Shown here: in pieces, positions 17,827-27,806 of the stretch | Layout of the letters: each line of letters starts with the position of its first letter | How positions within the stretch are numbered: the stretch's first letter is position 1 | From: an uncultured Bacteroidaceae bacterium | Lineage (GTDB): Bacteria > Bacteroidota > Bacteroidia > Bacteroidales > GCA-2748055 | Direction: 5' to 3' | Length of the DNA stretch: 64,000 bases | Assembly (NCBI GenBank): GCA_964426915.1 | Contig: CAYRTD010000003.1 | Coordinates: 67-64,066, forward strand | Translations under genes and position numbers: made by a program | Notes under the pieces: generated by a model | Seen by the model: only the letters and a program-made list of their open reading frames with translations | The model's database searches: none | What the model was told of the DNA's origin: nothing

Positions 17827-19296
17827 TTAATTTTTCCTGATGATATCCTTAAGATTTTTTTCGTGGAGCTGAACATTTTTCCGGAATATTTCTTCCTTAT
17901 CAGGAATAATAGAATAATCCTGTTCGATATAGGATTTTTTCTTTAACGGTGCCGGGTTCACTCCGGTTATAGCTTCCAGTGTTTTTGCCAGAACAGGGTC
18001 GGAAAAATCTCCAAATGGCCCTGCTCCGAGGAGCTGATCCTCAATCGGATAAATTGGGTCCAGACCATTTTTGAATTCTGTAATGCCCTCCGAATTTGCA
18101 TATTTTAATACTATGGGGACTATAGCATAATTGTGCCGGGGTGGTTTTTCTGTGTCGGGAAATACCCATGCTCCGGTATATTTGCCAAATGTTGTTTCTC
18201 CGACAGTAATAACTTCCATGTAGGGGTCAAGTCCGGTAATAACCAGTTCACTGGCAGAAGCCGTTCCGGAAGTTGTCATGAAGTATGCCCGTTGCATATC
18301 CAGATTCACAGTTGTATTGGTGAAAAAAAGGTTGAGGTCGGATGAATTAGAACCGCTTTCCTGTACGAACAGATCATTCAGATAATCATTATACACATAG
18401 CTTACAAGTACGTTTGATGAATTTACCACCGCTGAAGGTGCTATGGAAGATGCCAGATAAGAAGCCATATTAACCTGCCCACCAGGATTATACCTTAGGT
18501 CAATTATCAGATCATTTATCCCCGAATCGGCGAAGCTTGTAAGAGCTTCATCGAGTTGATTAATAAATATGCCGTTAATCCCGCTCAAAAAATCGACATA
18601 AACAAGGTATCCGATTTTCATGTTTTCGTAGTTAATGACTTCATGGTGAATTACAGGACTTGAATTAATTACTTCAGCAGTAAGTTCCATGGTTTCCCCT
18701 GTAGGAGTAAGGCTGTTGCCGTTATAATAGGCCAATTCGGCGGTATAACTATCCTGAAAATAGAGTTCTCTGTAGTTGCTGGTGTCAAGTTTCGTACCAT
18801 CAATACTTACGATAATATCTCCTCTTTTTAGTCCTGCCCTTGAAGCCGGGGTTTCAGGGGTTACATATTCGACAATAATAAATACCCCGTCGCTGTCACT
18901 GAATCTACCGAAGGCGGGTGAATACCCCATAGATAATGGAGTTCCTGATAATTCTGCTTTAAAGGATTCAAAATCATCTGTTATATATGACCAGATATCT
19001 TCTTTTTTATAGATCAGACTATTGAAAAAGGAGACGGGATCGGATTCGTTAGCAGGATTCAGATCACCGGGTATCTTGTCATTCCAGAGATAGATGGTAT
19101 TCATCCACTCGTATACCCACTCACTGACTTCTTCGCTTGTAAAACTGTCATCATTGTTATTATTATTGTCGTTATCATCAGCTTCGGGGTTATCCCGTTC
19201 ACATGAAACCATAAGTAAAGCTGAAAAAAGAAGAAGTGACAGTAATTTGTAAATATTCCTGAATATCATCATAATAGTAAATTGTATAACTAGCAA
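17827..19296 (-). CDS. S41-family (C-terminal processing/tail-specific-like) peptidase lipoprotein
   Basis: Motifs LIIDLRYNPGG and TSGTASASE, plus a PDZ-like segment (GLKRGDIIVSIDG). Lipoprotein-like signal LLFSALLMVSC. Confidence 0.8.
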   Translation of the reverse strand: MLVIQFTIMMIFRNIYKLLSLLLFSALLMVSCERDNPEADDNDNNNNNDDSFTSEEVSEWVYEWMNTIYLWNDKIPGDLNPANESDPVSFFNSLIYKKEDIWSYITDDFESFKAELSGTPLSMGYSPAFGRFSDSDGVFIIVEYVTPETPASRAGLKRGDIIVSIDGTKLDTSNYRELYFQDSYTAELAYYNGNSLTPTGETMELTAEVINSSPVIHHEVINYENMKIGYLVYVDFLSGINGIFINQLDEALTSFADSGINDLIIDLRYNPGGQVNMASYLASSIAPSAVVNSSNVLVSYVYNDYLNDLFVQESGSNSSDLNLFFTNTTVNLDMQRAYFMTTSGTASASELVITGLDPYMEVITVGETTFGKYTGAWVFPDTEKPPRHNYAIVPIVLKYANSEGITEFKNGLDPIYPIEDQLLGAGPFGDFSDPVLAKTLEAITGVNPAPLKKKSYIEQDYSIIPDKEEIFRKNVQLHEKNLKDIIRKN

Positions 19297-19523
19297 ACGT
19301 TAAATTAACAAAATTCGCATAGGAGAGGTTTATTTTTTTGTAAAATTATTAAATATTTCCTGACAGCTTCTCACCCGAAAAAATAATGATCCCTTTTTTA
19401 AGTCATGAACACCTTTTTTTTCTGAATAATTGAAAACGAATATTTTTTTTTGTATTATTGCAAGAAGTACAGAACACTACAGAACAGTTTTAATATTAAA
19501 AATTCATATATAAACAAATAGCA

Positions 19524-21320
19524 ATGAAAACACCAGAAAAACATTCCTCCAGATTTTATCAATCCAATCCAAAAATCGGTATTCGTCCGGCAATTGATGG
19601 TCGCCGTAGAGGTGTGAGAGAATCACTTGAGGATCAAACCATGAAAATGGCACAAAATGCGGCCCGCTTCCTTGAAGATAATTTAAGGCATCCGGATGGA
19701 ACCAAGGTAGAATGTGTGATTGCCGACCAGTGTATTGGAGGGGTAGCCGAATCTGCTGCTACGGCTGAAAAATTCAGCCGGGAAGGAGTTGGGGTTTCTC
19801 TCACGGTAACTCCCTGCTGGTGTTACGGTACAGAGACCATTGATATGGATCCTCACCTTCCAAAAGCAATCTGGGGCTTTAATGGCACGGAACGGCCGGG
19901 TGCAGTGTACCTTGCCGCTGCTCTCGCGGGTCATTCTCAAAAGGGTATTCCTGCTTTTGGGATCTATGGGCGTGATGTTCAGGATTCAGGAGATGAAACA
20001 ATTCCTGCTGATGTGCAGGATAAGCTGTTGATGTTTGCCAAAGCCGGACTGGCATTTGCCTCAATGAAGGGAAAGTCTTACCTTTCAATGGGTTCGGTTT
20101 CAATGGGGATTGCTGGTTCTGTGGTTGATGATCATTTTTTTCAGGAATACCTGGGCATGAGAAACGAATATGTGGATATGAGTGAGATCATCAGGCGGAT
20201 AGATGAAGAAATATATGATAAGGAAGAGTTTAATAAAGCTCTGAAATGGACAAGGGAAAATTGCCGTGAGGGTAAGGATGTAAATAATGAAGATCAGCAA
20301 AAAACCAGGGATGAAAAAGATAAAGAATGGGAGTTTGTAGTAAAAATGACACTGATCGCAAGGGATCTGATGATAGGCAATCCGGAGCTTGAGAAGCTCG
20401 GCTTTGGCGAAGAAGCAATGGGACATAACGCCCTTATTGCCGGTTTTCAGGGTCAGCGGCAATGGACAGATCATTTTCCCAATGGAGACTTTATGGAAGC
20501 GATTCTGAATTCTTCATTTGACTGGAATGGTATACGTCAGCCATTCCTGCTGGCTACGGAAAATGATAGTTTGAACGGAGTTGCCATGATGTTTGGTCAT
20601 TTGCTAAGCAACACCGCTCAGGTTTTTGCAGATGTGCGAACTTACTGGAGTCCGTCTGCCGTTAAAAGAGTTACCGGCTGGAAGCCGGAAGGCCTGGCTG
20701 AAAGCGGTTTTATCCACCTTATTAATTCAGGTTCAGCATCTCTTGATGGTTCAGGAAGAGAAACGGAGGATGGCAAACCTGCTATGAAACCTTTCTGGGA
20801 AATTACAGAAAAAGAGATGGAAGCATGTCTGGAAGCAACTACCTGGCATCCGGCAGTGACTGAGTATTTTCGTGGAGGTGGATTTTCATCTTCATTTAAA
20901 ACTCCCGGCGGGATGCCTGTTACACTTTGCAGAATAAATCTTATTCAGGGCCTCGGACCGGCATTGCAGATTGCAGAAGGCTATTCTGCCGAATTACCGG
21001 AGGAGGTACATAATATTCTTGATGAAAGAACAAATGAAACGTGGCCTACTACCTGGTTTGTACCAATTATCAATGGTAAAGGTGCTTTCAGAGATGTTTA
21101 TTCTGTAATGGCAAACTGGGGTGCAAATCACGGATCATTTGGCTATGGCCATTTCGGAGATAAACTGATTACCCTCGCCTCCATGTTGAGAATACCCGTA
21201 TGCATGCACAATGTTGAAGAAGACAGAATATTCAGACCTTCGGCATGGAGTGCTTTTGGAATGGATACTGAGGGCAGCGATTACCGGGCTTGTCAGGTTT
21301 ATGGCCCTGTTTATAAGTAG
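19524..21320 (+). CDS. fucI: L-fucose isomerase
   Basis: 598 aa. The N-terminus [25 protein letters not shown] and overall length are typical of FucI, and the protein appears collinear with FucI along its whole length. Confidence 0.9.
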   Translation: MKTPEKHSSRFYQSNPKIGIRPAIDGRRRGVRESLEDQTMKMAQNAARFLEDNLRHPDGTKVECVIADQCIGGVAESAATAEKFSREGVGVSLTVTPCWCYGTETIDMDPHLPKAIWGFNGTERPGAVYLAAALAGHSQKGIPAFGIYGRDVQDSGDETIPADVQDKLLMFAKAGLAFASMKGKSYLSMGSVSMGIAGSVVDDHFFQEYLGMRNEYVDMSEIIRRIDEEIYDKEEFNKALKWTRENCREGKDVNNEDQQKTRDEKDKEWEFVVKMTLIARDLMIGNPELEKLGFGEEAMGHNALIAGFQGQRQWTDHFPNGDFMEAILNSSFDWNGIRQPFLLATENDSLNGVAMMFGHLLSNTAQVFADVRTYWSPSAVKRVTGWKPEGLAESGFIHLINSGSASLDGSGRETEDGKPAMKPFWEITEKEMEACLEATTWHPAVTEYFRGGGFSSSFKTPGGMPVTLCRINLIQGLGPALQIAEGYSAELPEEVHNILDERTNETWPTTWFVPIINGKGAFRDVYSVMANWGANHGSFGYGHFGDKLITLASMLRIPVCMHNVEEDRIFRPSAWSAFGMDTEGSDYRACQVYGPVYK

Positions 21321-21321
21321 A

Positions 21322-21470
21322 GTCTGTCCATAATGTCCGATATCTGCGTTGCTGCAACCGCGTGTCGCTGAAGCTTTCCGCGAGCGCTGAAGCTACTCTG
21401 CGCTGCGCCTTCAGGCAAGCTTTTGGCGGCCGAAGGGAGGCACAAAATTTTAAATCCTCGAATACACCAT
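21322..21470 (+). repeat. GC-rich intergenic repeat element, copy B (preceded by the GTCTGTCCATAATGTCCGATATC motif)
   Basis: Shares an almost identical roughly 55-nt 5' module (GTCCGATATCTGCGTTGCTGCAACCGCGTGTCGCTGAAGCTTTCCGCGAGCGC) and a 3' module (GGCACAAAATTTTAAATCCTCGAAT) with copy A. The centre has diverged. Confidence 0.75.
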
Positions 21471-21482
21471 AAGTTCTGCCGG

Positions 21483-22478
21483 ATGTCAGTATTTAAATTT
21501 TTCATTGATCATAATTCCGCCATTCCTAAATACAGGCAGATCATAAATCAGGTGGAAGACGCAGCCGGGGCTGGTATTCTCAGTCCCGGGGACAACCTGC
21601 CCTCTGTAAATCAAATGATACGTGAACTTAATCTTTCAAGGGATACGGTATTTAAAGCTTATGAACAATTAAAAATCCGCGGGCTGATCGAATCGATTCC
21701 TTCAAAGGGTTATTTTATTCGAAAGGTGAAAACCCGGGTACTGCTTTTTCTGGATAAATACAGTCCGTTTAAGGAAGGGCTATATAATGCTATGAGAAAT
21801 GACCTGCCTGAGAGCTACAGTATAGATCTTTATTTCCATCATTATAATCTTGAGGTTTTTAAAAATGTCCTTTATAGCGGTATCGGCCGGTATAACTATT
21901 TCGTGATCATGAGTTTTGATAATGCCGGTATTTCTTCCATTTTGGCTAGCATGGATAAAAGCAGAATTCTGATTCTGGATGTTTGTATGGGAACTTCTGA
22001 TGTTCTGCCCCGGATCTGTCAGGATTTCGGTAGTTCATTTTACAATTGTCTTGTGAAGGTGTACAACCGACTTTTGGAATATACTGAAACTCTTTTTGTA
22101 TTAAGACCTGAGACCCATCACCCTGACGAATCGGCTATGTCGTTTATCAATTTCTGTTCTGACCATGGTATTCGGGGAAAAGTTCTTGGAGAACTCAGGG
22201 ATGAAGACATCCGGAAAGATCGTGCTTATATAGTTGTTTCTGATGATGACATGGTTATGATAGTTGAGAAAGCCGTTAGATTTTCACTTGAATTCGGGAA
22301 AAACATCGGACTGATATCCTATAATGACACATCGGTAAAAAAGGTTATAGCCGGGGGGGTAACCGTGATCTCAACCGATTTCATAGAGATGGGAAGGAAA
22401 GTAGCTGAATATCTTAAGAATCCGGAGCCTGTCAGGATAATTATTCCTACGAGATTAATCAATCGGAAGTCTCTATGA
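21483..22478 (+). CDS. GntR-type HTH transcriptional regulator with a periplasmic-binding-protein-like sugar-sensor domain
   Basis: The N-terminal winged HTH (IPKYRQIINQVEDAAGAGILSPGDNLPSVNQMIRELNLSRDTVFKAYEQLKIRGLIESIPSKGYFI) is GntR-like, and the C-terminal roughly 250 aa is LacI/PBP-like. Start is set at 21483; the track's upstream extension lies inside repeat copy B. The adjacent fucI suggests fucose regulation. Confidence 0.8.
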   Translation: MSVFKFFIDHNSAIPKYRQIINQVEDAAGAGILSPGDNLPSVNQMIRELNLSRDTVFKAYEQLKIRGLIESIPSKGYFIRKVKTRVLLFLDKYSPFKEGLYNAMRNDLPESYSIDLYFHHYNLEVFKNVLYSGIGRYNYFVIMSFDNAGISSILASMDKSRILILDVCMGTSDVLPRICQDFGSSFYNCLVKVYNRLLEYTETLFVLRPETHHPDESAMSFINFCSDHGIRGKVLGELRDEDIRKDRAYIVVSDDDMVMIVEKAVRFSLEFGKNIGLISYNDTSVKKVIAGGVTVISTDFIEMGRKVAEYLKNPEPVRIIIPTRLINRKSL

Positions 22479-22514
22479 CCTGCGTAATGTGCTCTAATAC
22501 CGGCAATCCGGTTA

Positions 22515-23864
22515 TCAGAAGGTCAGGGTAAAAACTGTTTCCTTTTCAGGAACGGATTGAGCCGTAATAGTTCCTCCGTGCAAACGCAATATCTGCCGTG
22601 AAAGGGCAAGGCCTATTCCCGAACCTGAAGGTTTTGTGGTGAAGAAAGGGATAAAGACCTTGTCTATAACATCTTTCAGTATACCGGTGCCATTATCAAT
22701 CACCTGAATGGTTGGCCTCCCTCTTTTATTGAAAAACGCTTTCATTACTATCTTTGGATCATTTTTTCCTTCTACAGCGTGAATACTATTTTTAATAAGG
22801 TTTATCATTACCTGTTCTATGAGCTGCTCGTCCATTGAAATTTCAAAACTTTCAGGTTCCACATGTTTTTGGAAATTTATCTCTTTACCCTTCATCTCTT
22901 CCTTCATCAGTTCCTCAATATTGTAGAAAAGGTCTTTTGCCTTTACTATTTTAAAATTGGGTTTGGGAATGCGTGTGAGGTTACGATAGGTATTCACAAA
23001 ATGGAGCAGGCCATTGCTTCTTTTATTAATGGTGGTAAGTGCCTGTTTTATTTCCTGAACGGTTTCAATGTCAATGTCTTCGGGGTCTTCACCGGCCGTA
23101 TAGGGTTTTAGCATACTTTCCAGTGTTGCCGACAGGCTGGCAATAGGGGTAATAGAATTCATGATTTCATGGGTGAGTACCCTGATTAATTTCTGCCAGG
23201 CTTCGGTTTCCTGTTCTTCGAGGACATTCTGGATGTTTTTTATTGTGGTAAGAACAATGATCTTATTTTTTAATTTGAATTCGGTGGCATGAATGGCCAG
23301 TTGCAGGAAATCATCATCATCCTGCACTTTCACCAGTTTATTATAACCCGGCTTAATGTTCAGGAGGGTATCCACCAGTTCCGGTGAAAGAGTTTCAAGC
23401 TTTTGAATGTTGCCGATGGAACTCAGTTGAAAAAGTTTTTTTGCGGCTTTATTGATCATTTCCACCCTACCGTTTTTTTGATATGCAAGAATACTCACAT
23501 CAATATTCTGGACGATACTCTGAAGATAATGAAAATGTTCTTCTTTTTCAGATCTGACTTTCTGGAAGTCAGCAATAACATCATCGAAGGCTTTATTCAG
23601 CTCGTTAAATGATTTCCCCATGCCCTCAATCTGAAAAGATCGAGTAAATTCGGAAAACCGTATAGACTCCAAAAAGCCGGCCAGATCCCGATTGGTTTTA
23701 TCTACAAATCTGATTAGTGAATAGATCTGAAGTAAGATCAGAATAAAAACAAGAATGGGAGTAAGATAGGTTTCAGTATCAAGTAAATAGAAAAACAGAA
23801 ATACGGTTACTGCAAAGACCAGGATCCTTATTATTAGTATGACTCTAAAATTCTTATAGACCAT
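22515..23864 (-). CDS. Sensor histidine kinase (NtrB/AtoS-like, two TM helices)
   Basis: H-box THEIMNSITPI, N/G boxes NLIKNSIHA, DNGTGI and GSGIGLALSRQI. Overlaps the upstream response-regulator gene by 11 nt. Confidence 0.9.
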   Translation of the reverse strand: MVYKNFRVILIIRILVFAVTVFLFFYLLDTETYLTPILVFILILLQIYSLIRFVDKTNRDLAGFLESIRFSEFTRSFQIEGMGKSFNELNKAFDDVIADFQKVRSEKEEHFHYLQSIVQNIDVSILAYQKNGRVEMINKAAKKLFQLSSIGNIQKLETLSPELVDTLLNIKPGYNKLVKVQDDDDFLQLAIHATEFKLKNKIIVLTTIKNIQNVLEEQETEAWQKLIRVLTHEIMNSITPIASLSATLESMLKPYTAGEDPEDIDIETVQEIKQALTTINKRSNGLLHFVNTYRNLTRIPKPNFKIVKAKDLFYNIEELMKEEMKGKEINFQKHVEPESFEISMDEQLIEQVMINLIKNSIHAVEGKNDPKIVMKAFFNKRGRPTIQVIDNGTGILKDVIDKVFIPFFTTKPSGSGIGLALSRQILRLHGGTITAQSVPEKETVFTLTF

Positions 23865-25230
23865 GTTTTTCCATTCTTCGGTATAGAGAAGTCCTTGTCA
23901 AGCCAAGATCCTGTGCCGCCTGGGTAATATTACCCTGGTAATGTTTGAGGACTTTACTGATCACCTCTTTTTCAATTTCATCCAGGTTATAGGATTCAAA
24001 TTCAAAATCACCACCGGATTTGGCCTGTGAACTAAGAATGAAATCATCAGGACTGAGGCTGTCTCCCTCGGTCATGATTACAGCGCGTTCAATTGCATGT
24101 TGCAGCTCCCTGACGTTACCGGGCCAGGAATAGTGATTCAGCTTTTTCATCGCACTTGACTGAATATTTCTGATGGATTTCCTGTATTTTTTGGAATATA
24201 CTTTCAGAAAATGATCAGCCAGAATAGGGATATCCCCTTGTCTGTCCCTGAGCGGAGGTAAAAGGATCTCGACTGTATTGATCCTGTAAAGAAGGTCCTG
24301 CCTGAAATTTCCTTCAGCAACTTCTTTATGAAGATCGTTATTGGTTGCGCAAATGAGCCGGACGTCAATATTAACAGGATTGTTTGCTCCTACTCTTGTA
24401 ACTTCCCGGCGTTCGATAACCGTGAGAAGTTTTGTCTGCATCTGTGGGGAAAGATTTCCGATTTCATCCAGGAACAGGGTGCCTCCGGATGCTATCTCAA
24501 ATCGCCCCTGTTTAGCCGTTTTGGCGTCGGTGAAGGCTCCTTTTTCATGGCCAAACAGTTCACTTTCAAATAGTGTTTCGGCTAAGGAGCCCAGATCGAC
24601 ATTGATAAAAACCTCATCTTTTCTCAACGAATTCCGGTAAAGTGCTCTTGCAACAAGTTCTTTACCTGTGCCGTTTTCTCCCAGAATAAGAACATTGGCA
24701 TCTGTTCCTGCAACCTTTTTAATGGTATTAAAAACACTCATCATTTCTTCCGACTGACCAATAAAATCGGTAAATGGCTGGTCAAGAACAGCAGAGATCT
24801 CCCGTTGCTTTTGTCTGAGTTCGTTGGCCTCTTTTCGCGATCGACTGAGTTTAATGGAAGAATTAATGGTAGCAAGGAGTTTTTCATTCTGCCAGGGCTT
24901 GAGAACAAAATCAGTGGCTCCTGCTTTAATTGCCCTGACAGCCTTTTCGGCATCTCCATATGCGGTGATGAAAACCACTACAGCTGTTGGATCGATATTT
25001 AATATTCTGTCCAGCCAGTCAAAGCCCTCCTGCCCGGAAATTGCATCTTTTGTAAAGTTCATGTCCAGCAGGATGACATCCCATTTTTCTTTCTTCATCA
25101 TTTCCGGTATTTTCTCCGGACCTGTCAACGTCTCAATTAGCTCTACCTCGGGCTTTAATAATAGTTTCAAAGCAAAAAGAATATCCTGATTGTCGTCCAC
25201 TGCTAGAACTTTTCCACTTTTTGTGCTCAT
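23854..25230 (-). CDS. Sigma-54-dependent response regulator (NtrC family)
   Basis: Receiver domain (VLAVDDNQDIL..DMNF), AAA+ Walker A GENGTGKE, sigma-54 contact loop GAFTDA, and a C-terminal Fis-type HTH (AAQDLGLTRTSLYRRMEKHGL). Confidence 0.92.
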   Translation of the reverse strand: MSTKSGKVLAVDDNQDILFALKLLLKPEVELIETLTGPEKIPEMMKKEKWDVILLDMNFTKDAISGQEGFDWLDRILNIDPTAVVVFITAYGDAEKAVRAIKAGATDFVLKPWQNEKLLATINSSIKLSRSRKEANELRQKQREISAVLDQPFTDFIGQSEEMMSVFNTIKKVAGTDANVLILGENGTGKELVARALYRNSLRKDEVFINVDLGSLAETLFESELFGHEKGAFTDAKTAKQGRFEIASGGTLFLDEIGNLSPQMQTKLLTVIERREVTRVGANNPVNIDVRLICATNNDLHKEVAEGNFRQDLLYRINTVEILLPPLRDRQGDIPILADHFLKVYSKKYRKSIRNIQSSAMKKLNHYSWPGNVRELQHAIERAVIMTEGDSLSPDDFILSSQAKSGGDFEFESYNLDEIEKEVISKVLKHYQGNITQAAQDLGLTRTSLYRRMEKHGL

Positions 25231-25469
25231 TTTAAATATTTTGTTTTCCTTAATTCTTTCTCATCCCTGCCAGTCATATTCTAAAAATCTTTCCTGTCCT
25301 GAGGCCTAAAATACAAATCTTTTTTGAATTGTTCGAATCCGAACGATAATTGTTTCATTATCGGACACTTTCTAAATAGTTTAACAAATTAAATGTCTAT
25401 GTAAAGACCTGAAAAACAAGTACATTATGTATTTGGCATAATTAATGAAGATAAATAGAACAAAAAACC

Positions 25470-26744
25470 ATGTATATGGACGGAATGGATAGGAAAATTG
25501 AAAAAAAGAAGGGGCTTTCAAAAAGGGCTTTATGGATAATAGCCGGTATCGTTGCCGTTTCTTTGATTTTTTACAACATTGTATTTGGCGATAAAAGTTC
25601 GAAATTGAATGTTGATCTTGAAAAGATAAGCGTAGAGAAGGTTGAGCAAGATGTCTTTCAGGATTATATTGCAGTTCAAGGTGTTGTTGAGCCCATAAAA
25701 ACAATTTATCTGGATGCTATTGAAGGCGGAAGGGTAGAGGAGATTTTGCGGGAAGAAGGAAGTATGTTGAAAAAGGGGGATGCAATTATCCGCTTATCCA
25801 ATAGTAATCTCATCCTTGAAATATCAAGTACCGAGGCACAGGTATTGAGGACTATCAATGAGCTGAGAAATGCACGTAATTATATGCAGCAACAATTGCT
25901 GAGTTCAAATATTCAGATACTTCAGCTTGATAAGGAGGTAAGAAGACTTGAGCGAAATTATAAAAAGAATTTACTCCTTCATGAGGAGGAACATATTTCA
26001 GACGAAGATTTTCAACAATCTAAAGAAGAGTTTTTTACATCAAACAAGCTTTTAACGCTTCATAAGGAACACCATAAGTCTGACTCGATTTATCGCGAGA
26101 CCCAGGTCTCAACGCTTGAGAAATCAGTCGAAAATATGAGCAGGAATCTTGAACTTGCGCAAAAGCGACTTGAAAATCTGAATATCACAGCTCCCATAGA
26201 CGGAGAACTTGCCACTCTGAATCCGGAGATTGGCGAGGTTATTAACTACGGAACGAGAGTTGGCACAATAAATATTCTTGAATCTTATAAATTAAAGGTG
26301 AATATTGATGAACATTATGTCGCCCGTGTTTATCGTGGATTAACGGGTCATGCTGATTTTGCCGGAGGAAAATATGAAGCCGAGATAAGCAAGTTATATC
26401 CAGAAGTTCAGAATGGACGCTTCTCAGTAGATATGGTTTTTAAAGAAGATATCCCGCAGCAGATAAAAATTGGACAGACTTCCAGGATTAAACTTGAGCT
26501 GGGCGAATCAAAAAATGCGATTTTGCTGCCTAAAGGAGGTTTTTACCAAAGTACTGGTGGTCAATGGGTTTATGTTGTTGACCCCTCAGGTGATTTTGCG
26601 ATAAAGCGTCAGATAAGCATTGGACGTCAGAATCCTAGATATTATGAAGTACTGGACGGTTTAAATGAAGGAGAAGAAGTTATAGTATCCTCATACGATA
26701 ATTTTGGTAATGCAGATAAGCTAATTTTGAAAAATAAAAATTAA
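25470..26744 (+). CDS. HlyD/MacA-type periplasmic adaptor (membrane fusion protein)
   Basis: 424 aa with an N-terminal TM anchor, a long coiled-coil region and a C-terminal beta-barrel/lipoyl-like pattern. Precedes an ABC ATPase gene and a TolC gene. Confidence 0.8.
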   Translation: MYMDGMDRKIEKKKGLSKRALWIIAGIVAVSLIFYNIVFGDKSSKLNVDLEKISVEKVEQDVFQDYIAVQGVVEPIKTIYLDAIEGGRVEEILREEGSMLKKGDAIIRLSNSNLILEISSTEAQVLRTINELRNARNYMQQQLLSSNIQILQLDKEVRRLERNYKKNLLLHEEEHISDEDFQQSKEEFFTSNKLLTLHKEHHKSDSIYRETQVSTLEKSVENMSRNLELAQKRLENLNITAPIDGELATLNPEIGEVINYGTRVGTINILESYKLKVNIDEHYVARVYRGLTGHADFAGGKYEAEISKLYPEVQNGRFSVDMVFKEDIPQQIKIGQTSRIKLELGESKNAILLPKGGFYQSTGGQWVYVVDPSGDFAIKRQISIGRQNPRYYEVLDGLNEGEEVIVSSYDNFGNADKLILKNKN

Positions 26745-26787
26745 TTTGGATTACTTTTAAAAAATATAAATAAATAAACAGATCCCC

Positions 26788-27471
26788 ATGCTTAAAACAT
26801 TAGAATTAACTAAAGTATTCCGCACTGATGAAGTGGAAACCACAGCTCTCAACAAAGTAAATCTCGAAATTTCCGGTGGCGAATTTGTTGCCATAATGGG
26901 CCCATCCGGTTGTGGTAAATCGACATTGCTTAACATCCTTGGTTTACTCGACAATCCGACTGGAGGACAATTGTACTTTCTTGATCAGGATGTCACTAAG
27001 TATTCTGAGAGAAACAGGACGAATATCAGGAAATCCAATATTGGATTCGTTTTCCAGAGTTTTAATCTTATTGATGAGTTAAACGTTTTTGAGAATGTTG
27101 AACTTCCGCTTTTATATCAGCGTGTTTCATCCGGTGATCGTAAAAAACGTGTGGAAGAGGTGTTGGACAGGATGAAAATCTCCCACAGGAAAAAGCACTT
27201 TCCACAACAGCTTTCCGGAGGACAACAGCAAAGGGTTGCAATTGCAAGGGCAGTGGTTTCTAAGCCTAAACTCATTCTTGCCGATGAGCCCACGGGTAAC
27301 CTCGATTCAGCCAATGGTGAAGAGGTAATGAACCTTTTATCAGAGCTCAACCAGGAAGGCACAACAGTAATTATGGTGACTCACTCGCCCACGGATGCTG
27401 ATAAAGCCCACAGGATTATTCAGTTGTTTGATGGTCATATTGTTACTGAAAACATAAAACAACGGGTGTAG
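26788..27471 (+). CDS. ABC transporter ATP-binding protein (MacB/LolD-type ATPase, no fused permease)
   Basis: Walker A GPSGCGKST, signature LSGGQQQRVAIARA, Walker B LILADEPTGNLD, H-loop VTHS. Confidence 0.92.
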   Translation: MLKTLELTKVFRTDEVETTALNKVNLEISGGEFVAIMGPSGCGKSTLLNILGLLDNPTGGQLYFLDQDVTKYSERNRTNIRKSNIGFVFQSFNLIDELNVFENVELPLLYQRVSSGDRKKRVEEVLDRMKISHRKKHFPQQLSGGQQQRVAIARAVVSKPKLILADEPTGNLDSANGEEVMNLLSELNQEGTTVIMVTHSPTDADKAHRIIQLFDGHIVTENIKQRV

Positions 27472-27474
27472 TTC

Positions 27475-27804
27475 TTGGAAGGTAAAATTCAGGTTATATA
27501 TAAACAGTTCGCCATGAAAGATTTATGTGTACCAATCCCGGGATTCGGGGATCAACAATTTGCAGATATTGAAGTCAAAGTCGGTAAAAAACGATTGAGT
27601 CTTAATTACAGAGTAGTTTCATTTCCTTGGGACGTGGAAGACAATCTTCCGGTAACCATTGATGAAATTGAAATTTCCCTTGCCCGGATCCACAGGCTGA
27701 AAAAAGAGATTGAAGGATATGATAAAAACTGGGAACTTATACAGATATACAATCCTTCGGAACACGCTACTCATATACAGGTGCTTTACAGAAAGAAATC
27801 ATAG
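27475..27804 (+). CDS. Hypothetical protein (109 aa, TTG start), translationally wedged between the ABC ATPase and TolC genes
   Basis: The ORF starts 3 nt after the ATPase stop and ends 2 nt before the TolC start. I recognised no TM segment, signal peptide or motif. Confidence 0.45.
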   Translation: MEGKIQVIYKQFAMKDLCVPIPGFGDQQFADIEVKVGKKRLSLNYRVVSFPWDVEDNLPVTIDEIEISLARIHRLKKEIEGYDKNWELIQIYNPSEHATHIQVLYRKKS

Positions 27805-27806
27805 CT

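Noticed and set aside
25326-25345. GTTCGAATCCGAAC, which resembles a tRNA T-arm (GTTCGAATC).
   Set aside because: The flanking sequence is AT-rich and cannot form acceptor, D or anticodon stems. It is just a short palindrome in a regulatory region.
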